This document shows, piece by piece, positions 34,701 through 48,692 of a DNA stretch of 64,000 nt (position 1 is the first letter of the stretch; each line of letters opens with the position of its first letter). The position numbers were made by a program, and so were the translations under genes. Source of the DNA: Octopus vulgaris (Eukaryota); assembly GCA_951406725.2 (NCBI GenBank), contig OX597837.1, positions 3,038,001-3,102,000 of the forward strand. Reading direction: 5' to 3'. The notes beneath the pieces were generated by a model, which had not been told where the DNA came from, did not search any database, and was given only the letters and a program-made list of their open reading frames with translations.

Positions 34701-37580
34701 TCATTGATCTGACGTGGTCGATTTATAATTGTAAATGTAACGAAAATAAATCATGTTGTTTGAAACTTCGCCTTTGAGTTACACACTTTTCAACAGGAAG
34801 ACATACTCAGCAAGAATCATTATCATCAGTTACATATGATAACCCCAAACCAACACATCGTCAGATTTTCGGGCCTCTTTGTTACAGGTTGAAACAGTAA
34901 AACAGGTAATCGCACCAACGTAAAAATCATGGATGCCCAGCTCAGTATAATACACAGCTACCAAAGTTACATCTCTAATATAGTGTCCAGGATTCCCAAA
35001 TGACCCAGTATATCTAAGCTGTAAGTAAGTCTTCCATTACCTCCAATTTGTAACTGTGTTGACCACAATGACAGTGGAACCACAGAGACCCAAGGTCAGC
35101 AGCACTTCTCCAGCCTCTCCATTCCATTAGAGTTTTCGTTTTGGCTTTCTAACAACAAATCATCACTCTCTGGGGTCAAGGGTCAGACTCAATGCTCACC
35201 AAACTGCAACCATCTTTCTATTTCGTTGGTCAATGACAGAGGAAAGAGATTCGTAGGCCACTTTCTACATCCAGCTATAGTCGAGGGCCCTCAACAGCAT
35301 CTGAATCAATGGACTTTGGACTTGGTAACAGCCCAAGTCTCAAATATGTAAAGGAGGATTATTTCTGTTGCTGCTAGGAAGTTTCTGTAGCAGTAAACTG
35401 GTACCATATCGTAACAACTGTAAACAGTGGGATCATTGTAGAATTGATGAGTGTTTACTGGGATTAGGTTGTTTTTTGGGGGGTTTTTTTAGTGCTGATT
35501 TCACCTCCAAATGGACGCAAGAGGGAAAGAAAAAGCTAAGCATGTCAAGACAAGCATGACACTATTATCATCATCATCATGTAACATCCGATTTCCAAGC
35601 TGGCATGGGTTGGACGGTTTGACAGGAGCTGACCAGGTTCCAGTCGTCTGATCTGGCAGAGTTTCTACAGCTGGACGCCCTTCCTAATACATTATTTACA
35701 TTGGACAGATACGTGTCCTCATCTTGTTTGTTGTTACCACAACGTTTCACCTGATTTTCTCTCCATCCTTCACCCAGGTGTCCTGGTAAGATTCTGAGCC
35801 CAGCCCTGGGTTCTCGTTCCGAAGGTATTTTTGCTGATATTATTACCCCTATTGGGAGTTTTTTTTTGTTGTTATAATTTTTGATTGTTAAACTGCTTTT
35901 TTACACGTTTTTTTTCACAAACGGACAAAACCCTTTGTAACCTTTCGTCTTGTTTTGTCCCTTTATGTAATAATTGATTTTTGTCAGCCCTTGTGGCCAA
36001 TAAAAGAATTAATTATTATTATTATTATTATTTATTCAAGGCACAGCCTGGAACTGAACTTGCAATCTTAGGGTTAGTAGCCCGTGCTCTTAACCATTAT
36101 ACTATATGCCCATGGGCATATGTAAGTAATGTACAGAATTCCTCATCTCAAAAATATAAAACAGCCCTTCCTAATGCCAACCACTTTATAAAGTGTACTT
36201 GGTGCTTTTTACATGGTACCAACTATACCAGTAATATACTAAGAAAATAAAAAGATAGTGGTGGGAAGGGTGAGAATAAGTGAAATCAGCAGAACTGTTC
36301 CAAGACAAAACAAGGATATTGAAAGAAACAATAAAAAAAATATCAAACAAAGAACAAAAAAAAAACATTGCCCCTCGCCTTCCCTCTCAATCCCCCTTAC
36401 CTTTGTGTTTTCTTGAAATGCTGCTGCAAACTTATTAATGTCGGTGGCATCGACAAACGTAATTGAGATTCCAAGCTGTTCCATTGTACGGAAGTAACGA
36501 TTAGTTCCTGCAGTACATAAGAAGAAGAGAAAATGAAGAGCACTGGAATAAAATAGGATCTTAGGGGTCAAGGCCAGAAAGAGTGTCTGTCTGTAAAGTA
36601 GTGACCCCAGAAGTCTAGACCAGTTCATGGCAACATGGAAAAAGGACAAGAAATGAAATAAACAGCAACAGTGATTTATGTCTGTTTCCCATGCTGGCAT
36701 GTGTTTGATGAGTAGTCATAATTTATCAGTTATGATTTACAGTTACTAACTTCCAGCATGGGTCAGAGAACCACATCTTGCTCGTACAACCCAGATCTTG
36801 GTGTGGTTTCTATGGCTGAAAACCCTTCATAACAGCAACTGCTTTACAACATAGACTGAAGCGGTATTATACCATACTGCCAGCACTAACAGATTGTCAC
36901 ACTTGCACTGTTCCAAAAGTCCTACCCATACCATCTAGAGTGAGGATCATGTGCTGCAATAGCTTGGGATTCAAAAACCCACAGCTAATACATATTACAT
37001 ATATATATATATGTGTATGATGACAATATACACATATCACACACACATGCATGCAAATTAAAAAATATTGGTAGAACAGCCAAGTGAAAACACAACCAGC
37101 CAGGTATTGTTGTGGGGAAAAAACAACAACAAAATATGCTCCATTGTGGTAATCAGCCACTCTCTGGACACCAATGTGGCCAGAAAAAATACATGAGAAT
37201 GACAACATCTAACGGACCCTTGATAAGGAGTTTATAAATCCAGTCCCCAAGATACTTTCAGTTTCATACCCATTATTACTGGATCAACAGAATACATACC
37301 AGCCAGTCTGGAGTAAAATATGGCAAAAATTTGTTTAATTGGGGAGAGAACACAAACTCTTAATTCACAAGTTACAAATGGTCATGATATCTGGGACTAG
37401 AGAAATCTGCAAAACCATTTTGAGATTTAAAGACTGTTGACCAAAACATTGCTTTCCATAACAACCATGCTACAAAATTAAAGTTAATTAGTAAAATTTA
37501 GAGTTAATCAAAATTAACTTTACATTAAAGGGGGGGGAAAATACATACAAACATACATAAATACATTTCATGTATGTTTT

Positions 37581-37625
<45 letters not shown>

Positions 37626-39543
37626 AAGTGTAGGCATGACTGTGTGGTTAGAAACTTGCTCCACAACCTTTTGATTCCAGGTTCACTCCCGCTGCATGGC
37701 ACCTTCTACTATATAGCCTTGGACCGACCAAAGCCTTGTGAGTGAATTTGGTAGATGAAAACTGAAAGAAGCCCATCATATGTTTCATCATCTTTTAACA
37801 TCCATCTTCCATGCATGCCTGGGTAGGACAATTGACAGGATCCGGTCAGGTAGAAAAACTACCCTAGGCTTTCTTTTCTACTTGGCTGGCTGTATGTGCA
37901 TGCATGTGTGTGCGTGTTGGTATGTGTGTACCTCTGTCTCCTTGTGTGTGCTTGTTCGAGTGTCTGTGTGACTATGTGCGTCTTATGTATGGATGTGTCT
38001 CCATGTATCTGTGTGAAGTGTGCAAGTGTATATGGTCATGTGTTTTAGTCTTCATTTGTATGTATGTGTGTATGTACCTGTCTGTTCATATTACCTATTT
38101 ATCTGTATATCTATCTGTCCATATATGTATCCACACACACACACACATATATATACACACACACACAAATACATATATATATTTATACACACTAACGCCT
38201 ACAAACAACACTGTGTGTATATATAAATTGTTGGTATTGGGATATGACACCTATTTATATTTCCTCTTTAGTACTGGAGATATTTCATTAATGAGGTCAT
38301 ACTCTTGTACTTGTTTGAGTGTTGGGTCCTTTGGGTACTTGGATAAAATGCAGATGTCAAGTTGACCCAATGAGCCCCCATGTTGGTCTTTGGCATGTTA
38401 GTAGAGTATACATATATTATCAGCGAACTTTAGGTAGGCATAAAATCCAAACAATCCATCACTTACCTCCATACATGTCGTCCATACTAACAATGTGGTC
38501 TCCAGCCTTTAATAGTCTTGTTACCAAATCATTTGCTGCCAAACCTGATGCCATGCACAATGCTGGAAACAAAAAAATAAACAAATAAATAATAAAAAAT
38601 TAGCATAATTGTTTGTTTTATTTGATTTTTTTTTTTCATTGTAACAGTTTTTGTAAGTGACCACCACTCCTAGAGTTCCCCTTAAAGAGTAATATTTTTG
38701 TATTTTTATAAAGAAAAATTGCAAACTGAGTGAAACTGACTGTAAATAAGGTCTTTTGGCAGTTGTTGTCCTTAATTAGGGACAAAATAGGGCAAAGTTT
38801 GTTTAATGTCAGTAAATGAAGTTTAATCTGTTTTTTTTCTAATTTCGGTTCTCCTGTGCTGCTCAGCAAATGAGGAACCAAACTCCATCCACCAAGTCTG
38901 GTCTAATACTACACTTGCACATCCATTCTACATAATGTCAAATATCTTGAGGTCATCTTGAAATGCCTGCTGCCAAGGGATCTTTCACTGGCCATTTTTT
39001 TAGGACAGTCAACAGGTAGTACCTAATTCATGGCTGTTTTCAAGTGTTGTTGATCAACAAGACAATTTTATCAAAGGAAAGTCATTTTTCAGAAATGGTC
39101 ACAGCTGACATACTTTTGATTGTAGGTCAACATGAACTGTGCTGGCCTGGGGCTAAACAAAAACAAGAGCAGCAACATTAACACCAACACCACCAGCATG
39201 ATCCAGCAATGGGATTTCTACATTATGAAGTCCCCATCCTTTTCACTAAAATAAATTGCACCACACACACACACACAATTCATTGTTTTTGTTTAGCCCC
39301 AGGACAGCATCTAGGCCAAATGATTTTTGTAACAAACAACTGGAGGGAGGAGGGGGTTGTTTTGTTTGTTTTCTAAGTTTGCTACTACTAAGTAGTAGCA
39401 AACAAAACAACCCCCTCCTCCATCCAGTTGTTTGTTACAAAAATCATTTGGCCTAGATGTGTGTAGTGCAATTCATTTATATTCATTTTATATATATATA
39501 TATATATATACCACCACCACCGCCGCCGGTGGTGGTGGTGGTG

Positions 39544-39579
<36 letters not shown>

Positions 39580-42337
39580 AATTGCACCACACACACACAC
39601 ACATCTAGGCCAAATGATTTTTGTAACAAACAATTGGAAGGAGGAGGGGCAAAAACAGCAACAGAAAAAAATAAGACAAAAGCCAAAAAAAAAAGATGTA
39701 GAGAGTAAAGAAAAGTGGTTGTAGGTTGAATTTCAAGTAGAGAGAGACAAACAGACAGACATTTCCAGATAAGCACACAAACAGGTAAACATACGTATTG
39801 GAAAATACAGAGGTAAACAACAAGTAGGCATATACACACACATGCCAACACAAACATATACATATGGACACATAAACATTCACCTGAATATGCTGACACA
39901 CACACACACACACACACACACAGATAAACATGCAGATATACAAACACATGCAAATACAATTCAACAAAGAAGCCTCTATGTGGTTGCTCAATTTGCTAGA
40001 TATAGCAGCCAAATTCCTCTCAATCCACACACTTTACCAACTTGGGGAGTAGGACGGAAAAAAAAAGAATGACTTCATGTAAAACGTAGTTTTGAATATA
40101 TTGTTATAAAGTAAGACAGGATGGTCATGGTAGGAACAAACACAACCATCTTTACAAGAAATATAATTCATATGAGACGAACTTGTTTCACTATGTGGTA
40201 TTTATAAGGAGTTTGTGTTATTAGATGTACTCATTTCCACTTGCATAAAAGGACAGTAAGGTGAGGTGTTGGCAGGCTCGTTAGCATGCCAGGCAAAAAG
40301 CTTAGAGGTCTTTTGTCTGTCTTTATGTTTGGAGTTCGAATTTGGCCAAGGTCAACTTGGCCTTTCATCCTTTCAGGGTTGATGAAATACTCAACTTAAC
40401 ACTGCCCCCAAAACCGCAGGCCTTGTGCCAAAATTTGAAAGCAGTATTTACAAGGAGTATTTTCATTTTATGCGACTTAGTTAGGGAAGAAAGGGCTGTA
40501 CCATTGACCCTTTAAAGGAATTTCTGTGATGGGTGAAAGCAAAGGAGTGAAGTTATCCTCAAACAAGAGATGTGCACCCAAACTCCACAAATATTTACAT
40601 GGTAGACCCTCATAAAGGTACTGAATGACCAAGAAATAATCTTAAAGCAGGTGGTACTCACCATGTTTGGCTCCTTCAAGTGAGGCAATGCACTTCTCGA
40701 GGCAGTTCCTGGTTGGGTTACCACTTCTTGAATAGTCGAAGCCCTGTGGCAGGAATAAAAGAATGGAGAGAATGATGCAGAGGTGGGAAAGAACAGAGAA
40801 AAAAAAGAGTCGGGTGGCGGATAGGAGGAACAATGAAAATAAAACAAAATGGTGAGAGGAAAAACTAGAAAAGACATGTTGGGAGAAACAAGAATGACAT
40901 AGTTGTCCAACAATGGTAAAAATTAAAAAATGAAACAAGGACATGGAAAGAAAGAATGATGAAAAGTATTTAAATAACATACAAAACAGAATTGGCAAAA
41001 AACAAAAAATAGAAACACTAAAAGAAGATACAAAGAAAAACAGAAATGACCAAACAACAGAAATGCTAAAAGATGCAAAAAAACAACATTAATAAAACAG
41101 AAGTAAAAAAAACAGAAATAAGAGTAAGATGTTTAAAAAACAACTAGGGAATTAATAAAAACAGAAATGACCAAAAAACAGAAATGGGTGGCAAAACAAC
41201 AGAAAAGACAGTGTCGGGGGTGGGGGGCAGGATTGATGAGAGTGGATTCTTATTGTGATCCATTATTTAAGATATTCTTCTTAATGCTGTTACTGTTCAA
41301 CCTTAATCACACAGACCTTTGATCAAAGGCATTCCTGCCATGATCATCTAGATATTTTTGAGCCTTTTTGAAGTTTTTTGTTTTTTTTGCAGACATGGTC
41401 TGCCTAAGACTACATTATCCAATAATAATAATAATCCTTTCTGCAATAGTCACAAGGATTGAAATTTTGGTGAAGAGGTAGGGTCTAGTTGATTACATCA
41501 ACCCCAGTATTAAACTGGTACTTATTTTATTGACATGGTAAAGTCTATCTCGGCAGAATTTGAACTCAGAACATCAAGATAGATGAAATGCCAGTAGGCA
41601 TTTTGTCCAGCACGCTAAAGATTCTGCCAATTTACCATATTCTAGTTCAATGAGATTAATAATACCAATTTTTGCAGAAGACCAATAATTTGGAGGGGAG
41701 GGGGTAGTTGATTACATTAATCCCCAATAGTTGACTGGTATTTATTTTATCAACCCTGAAAGGATAGAAGACATAGTCAACCTCAGCAGGATTTGAACTA
41801 AGAACATAATGAGTTAGAATATCAAGCTATTTTTCCAATGCTCTAACAATTCTACCAACTTGCCACATTAATAGCAACAACAACAATCCTTTCTACTAAA
41901 GGCACAAGGCCTGAAATTTGGGGGGTGTGGAGACTAGTCGATTACATTGACCCCAATGTTTCACTGGTACTTAAGTTATCAACCCCAGAAGGATAAAAGG
42001 CAAAATCAGCTTCGACAGAATTTCAACTCAGAATGTAAGAACAGTCGAAATACCACAAGTATTTTGCCTGGCATGCTAACATTTCTGCCAGCTCGTCACC
42101 ATAATAATAATAATAATAATATTAATGGTTTCAAATTTTGTGACTAGGGCAGCAACTTTGAGAGGGGGTGAGTTGATTACATTGACCCCCAGTGTTTCAC
42201 TGGTTCTTAATTTATCGACCCCACAATGATGAAAGGCAAAGTCGACTCAAACAGAATATGAACTCAGAACATGAAGACGGACAAAATGCTGCTAAGCATT
42301 TTCCCCAGCAAGCTAGCAATTCTGCCAGGCGCCACCT

Positions 42338-42378
<41 letters not shown>

Positions 42379-45067
42379 GCTCTAATAATAAATGCAGTAC
42401 CAGGCAGTGACTGTCATGGCTTCTGATCTTAAATGATTGAAAGTGTTATCATGTACATTGTTTTGTCTTGGTATAAAAGATGGGCTACAGCAAATATTCT
42501 GCTCAATACCACAGATTTGCTTATCAGTTGTTTGACCTTAACCAGTTGAGCATGTCCCTTAGTAGCTGACAATATATGCATCTCTGATCACAAGCAGAAG
42601 TAGTGGAAGAGCATCATAGCCATGTGTTGAGAGGAATTCTTTGGGGTTTGAATAATTCACCTCAAGAAACATGGGTGGTTCGTTCATCATCCTTAAACAA
42701 CCCTTATTCAGGGACATTTTGAGTGGGATGGGCTACACAACCTGAAGAAAATTCTAACTGGGCCCCATCTGTAAGGTCATGCGCTGTTTATCTTGATATG
42801 AGATCATCATGTTACACACATATGGTTATGATGCATATGCCTGGTGTACCCTTATCAGACGGGTAGTCATGATGGGTATTACAGTTCATACATACCATTT
42901 TTGTCATCATTTCTAATGCCATCCCAAAACCAACCAATTTACAGAATGGATTGAATATGTTTAAATTTGGCACCAATAGCAGAGAGGGGGACCAAGTCAC
43001 CAAGATCCTCTCAACCTTTACCTCTGCTTCTCTACCAACCACTTTATACTCTCTCCTCACATTTTGTCATGGCTAAATGCTAGCAGTAGGAAGGGCTTTC
43101 AGCCATAGAAACCATGCCGAAACAGACAAATGGAACCTGGTTCAATTCTCTGCCTCACCAGCTCCTATCAAACCGTCCAACCAGACTTTAAATGATAATG
43201 ATGGATGATACGGGGGGGGGGGACTTAACATTAAATACTGACTGACACCAAAGACAACTCTGCTTGATTACAGAGGATCACATGACACACTCTAAAATTC
43301 TGCTGCTGATGTCGTACCATGCACCGACTGACTGCCAAGAATGTCTGCCAATGGTAAAGACGTTTCCAACTGTTTGTTTAACAATAATCATTGACACACG
43401 AAGATACATTTACGCCCCCACCCCTACACTTGTAATATAAGGAAGTTAATGTTTGTTTAAGTTTGAATAACAAGGAAACGAAAAGAGAAAGGTGGTGAAG
43501 GGTTGACTATGATGATGATGATGACGACATTTTGAGGGTGGATAATAATAACGTTAATATATCTGTTGATAGGGTGGTGAGCTGGCAGAATCGTTAGCAC
43601 ACCGGGTAAAATGCTTAGCAGTATTTCGTCTGCCATTATGTTCTGAGTTCAAATTCCGCTGAGGTCAACTTTGCCTTTCATCCTTTCGGGATCCATTATA
43701 TAAGTACCAGTTATGCACTGGGGTCAATGTAATTGACTTAATCCCTTTGTCTGTCCTTTTTGTCCCCTCTATGTTTAGTCCCCTGTGGGCAATAAAGAAA
43801 TACATCTGTTGATATCAAAGTGGTGAGTTGGCAGAATTGTTAACATTCTGGATAAAGTGCATGGTGATATTTCTTCTGGTTTTTTGTTCCGAGTTCAAAT
43901 GCCACCAAGGTTGACTTAGCCCATCATCTTTGCAGGGTCAACTTTGCCTGTCACCCTTTTGTAAGCGAGTGGGGGGTTCGATAAAATAAGTACAAGTTGA
44001 GTGCTAGGATCAATGTAAACAACTTCCCTTCTTTTTTTCTTAGTATTCACAAAATGATGGTGAAAAGACCAATGTATAAAATGGTTGGCACTAGGAAGGG
44101 CATCCAGCTGGAGATATCATGCCATCAAATACCATCAGACAGTTCAACCCATGTATATTTCATCATCATTGTTTAACGTCTGCCTTTCATGCTGGCATGG
44201 GTTGGACAGTTTGGCAGGAGCTGACCAGGCAGAAAACCACACCAGGCTTCTGTGTTTGTTTATACAGCTGGACACCCTTCTTAACACCAACCACCCAGCA
44301 GAGTGGACTGAGTGCATTTTACATGACACAAGCACAGGTGAGGTCAGTTTTGGTTATTTGACATGGGTTTTACAGCTGGATGCTCTTCCTAACACCAACC
44401 ACTCTGAAAGTATAGTGGGTGCTTTTTATGTGCCACCGGCACAAGGGCCAGGCAGGCAGTACTGGATTCAGCCATGACAATTACTTCACTTGACTCAACA
44501 GGTCTTCGCAAGCACAGTTTATTGCTCAAAGATTGAAGGGTACTCTTAAATGGGCCGGTTATGATGCACTGGCATAGGAATTACAGAGTTGTACATGTAG
44601 GAGAAATATGTAAGTTATAACCTATTAGAAATTATTTAGACATATATTCAAATAATACAAAACTGACATTTAGGTGAAGCAGTTATATATAGTCCAGTAA
44701 TCAGGATTATGATGCAATCCACAACTATATAAGATACAGTTGAATTGGCTACTTCAGTTGAACCACCAGGTCAATCTGGTATTATCCACACAGCTCAAAG
44801 GTGAATAAAATCAAAATAAGCAACAGGATATCAAGTAGCAATGCTGTACGATCATTTCAAGTGGCTCCATTTAAACTATTTAAGAAAAATTATATTAAAG
44901 TGTCCTACTTGTTAAAAAATTCTATATTTTGTGCAGCTGAAGATAGCACTGCATTGAAATTGATGTAATAATTGCATTGTTCAATTAAATGGAGCCGCTT
45001 GAAACGGTCATACTGCATCACTACATGATATCCTGTTTCTTATTTTGATTTTAGGTATGTGTGTGTG

Positions 45068-45107
<40 letters not shown>

Positions 45108-48100
45108 TATATACACACACACACACACACATATTTGTGGATGTGTGTGCTTTTTCTATGTAAGTCAAGATTGAAAATTTTGTAAATATATATCCCAATA
45201 TTAGACTATTTCCTGTAGTCTATATATATATATATATAGGGTGGAAGTTTCCATTTTACACAGAAAGATGGACAGACAGATGACAGAGAGAACTAAAAGA
45301 ATCCACTGCTTTCAATATTCAACAAGATACCCACAACTGCCACTCACACCACTTACCATTTACACTGCCTTCCCCACCCACTCCAACCTTTCTGCAGACG
45401 AAAACACATCCTCCACTTCACCCCCCCTCCCAACCACCAGTCATTTGATTACCTCTTGACATTGTTGTTCTTGATCATGTAATAACAAAACTCAACGTGT
45501 GTGTGTGTGTGTTGCACATAAATGTCTGTCGCTTTATAGAGAAAAAAACGAGTGGGTGGTGGTGGTCATCATAGTCGTGATGGTGGTCATCGTCATCATG
45601 GTGGTGGTGTTGATGGTTCTGATGGTGTTTGTTCATTGATGATAAGTGAGAACTACTTAACATAAAATGAACGATTCAGGTTAACTACTTCTTATCTTCA
45701 CTTGAAACCTTTCACATGTAACGACATATAAGTTATCATCATCATCAGTCATCATTACAACCATCACGAGTCTCATCATCATCATGTCACACACCAAACT
45801 GGCAATAAATACGGCTGTGTGTTTAAGAAGTTCTCCACAAAACCTAGTTGTTCCAGGTTCAATCCTACAGTGTGGAACCTCTAGCAAGTGTTGTCTAGCA
45901 TGGCCATAGGTTGACCAATGCCTTCAGGGATGAAATTTGATAGACGGAAACTGTGTGGAAGCCTGATAAAAACATCGGCATTTCTGCTAATGGTGGAAGC
46001 CCAACAGAGGGAATTGTTCCTTGTTCTTGGTGTTAGATTTTATCTTTTGCCTACTTAAAAACCACCACCACCTTCTCATCAATGGTATTAATGAGAGTTG
46101 GGAAAATTTTCTCATGAGATTTGAAGCAATTACACCAAGACTTAAAACCAGTTAGGTGTGGTAAGTTGACTAATTGGCAGAATTTTAATTAGTCATAAGC
46201 AATTTGGGTCATATTCTTGATTTTTCAACCATTTTTATTTTTCATATTGTTGGATAGTCAGACACGAAGAATATGGCCCATGACTTTTTTAAATAGCCTC
46301 CAAGACTGGTGAGAGAGAGTGAGGCGAGGTTTCCTGAAAACAAGACATTTGCTCCGAGCACTGACAACAGAAAGGACTTTGTGAAAGACCGCTAACACGC
46401 CAGTTGGGGATGTTAACACATTAAGTCTACCCCTCTCGCCCACCAGGTAGGCCTGAAGGGAGCAGGGATGGACCCATGGCATTCGCAGGTCCTCCAAGGC
46501 TAACAAGATTAAGTCCATTAATATTTCATTTAAGCTGATGAAAATCAACATATACAGAAACACTACAAGTATGGAGCTGGGCGAGTTCCAGGATGGGTAC
46601 CTCAATGTTCTAAAGAATGTCCAAGGCAAACTGTGGCCCATGAGACTTTCTAAATGGTAAACCTAATGAAAATTTACCTTGAATTCCCTCTAGTAGTGCG
46701 ACCCACATTTCGATGGATAACTTCAAAAATCCTATTAGTAATGGAATCTGTCATTTCTTGATAGTCGCAGGTTGGACTGCTTCTGCTGTAGTTTTGATGG
46801 TCACCCATAAGACATTTTGTTTAATGATAGACCAAAGATGTTCGATAGGGTTGAGATCCAGAGATGCTAGCAGCCATATCATCAACCTTTCACATTGTAT
46901 GCTACAAGACCGTAGGAATGTTTGGGTGGTTCTAGCAGAGTGGAAGAGAGTGTTGTCATGCACGAATACAAGATTCCTTAGAAGTGACAGCAGTATGTCA
47001 TCTAGCCAGGGATCCACAACCTCCTTCAGGAAATTGCAGAAGGCGACTGCAGTCACTTTAACCTCTTCAGGGACCCTGAATGGGCCAACAAATCTGGGCC
47101 CATAGAAGCATCACGCCCCTGTGAGGAGGTAGTTTCAGGGTTTCTCACACAGAAGCCATGGTCCCAAGGATGCAGTTTCTGGTGGTACATGAGGAAGTCT
47201 GGAGGTGTGAAAATGGCTTTGCTTGTTTGTCCAGATATCCCATGTAACTTGCAGCCAATCTGTCCCCAATGATACCAAAATAGACCCAACCATTTGCCCA
47301 ACCATCAGGTTTCTCAAGAGTCACCCTGGTTTCGTCAGTGAACAGAACACAACTCATGTCTAATGCCAAGTATTTGGGCCCATAGAAGCATCAAATTCCT
47401 ATGAGGAGGCAGTTTCTGGGGTTCTTGCACAGAAACCATGGTCCTGAGGATGCAATTTCTGGTGGTACATGAGGAAGTCTGGAGGTGGTGAAAATGGCTC
47501 TGCTTGTTTGTCCAGATTTCTCATGTAATTTGCAGCCAATATTCCTTAAATCCCTAGCTGTCACAATTTTTGAGGTCCCACAATTAGATCGTTTCTTCTT
47601 TGGTGTTGACAAGGCTAAATAATTCCTTATGTCAAGGTGAAGGTGGCAGGGGGTAGTATTAAATGGGGAGACAGGTTTTAGTCCTTCCCCCAGATAGGCC
47701 ATGGTAGGATATGCACCAGGAATACAGTAAGGTATTTCTTCTGATACTATAACAATTCTGCAAGTCTCTGTCTTAGAGTGGAACAACATTGATTGACCAC
47801 CCCACTACCTTCACCCCCATCCTACCCCTGAAGGATGGAAAACAAATTTGACATTAGTGCAATTCAAACTGAATGCAAGAAATTGGAATAAATACCACAA
47901 GTTATTTGTCTGATGCTCTAATGACTGCCAATTTGGCACAAGAGAGAGAGAGAGCAAGAAAGAGAGAGAGAGAGAGCAAGGGGGATGAGAAAGAGAAATT
48001 AACACTGAAGGACATGGAAGTGTGTAGGTTGGCGATAAGAAGAGAGAAAGACAAGTGATGTTATGGGAGAAGAGAAGAGACAAAGTGAAAAAGTTAAATG

Positions 48101-48639
48101 AGAAAGAACAACAGAGTTGAATATGCAATAAAATGAGAATGAGAAAGAAGAGAAGGAAAGGAGGTGATGAGTAGAAGACGTGGTAGTGGGGCTGAAACCC
48201 CTCCACCACAGAAACTTTGGTCTCTTCTCCACGGCCAACTTTCCAAAAGAGCAATTGTTTATTATCAGCTTTATTTTTATGCTCCTTCTAATGGAAACGT
48301 TTAAGGCTAACCTGTCTGCAATTATTGTTTCTATACAAGTGACAATCTGCCACTGCCTCCACCACCACCAGCTGTACTGGGAGTTAATCTGTCTAATTAG
48401 GCTTGCTTGTTTATATATATATATATATATATATCGCCATGTTGATTCGCTAGCCTCTGCACGCATTTTTTTTCTCTCCTTGTTTCTTTCTGTGTTTCTT
48501 TTCTGTGTATCTTTCTGTTGAAGAGCATAGGCTCGAAACGTAAAAGACTTGTTTTATTTATATTCCTGAGCGCCATACAAATACAATTGTTTGTTTGTAT
48601 TCCACCTGCCTTCGTCTTTTGTTTATTTTCATAAAGCTT

Positions 48640-48692
<53 letters not shown>

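Noticed and set aside
46258-46650. Coding-like stretch next to the Tc1 remnant
   Set aside because: Interrupted by stops and no motif I can assign with confidence.
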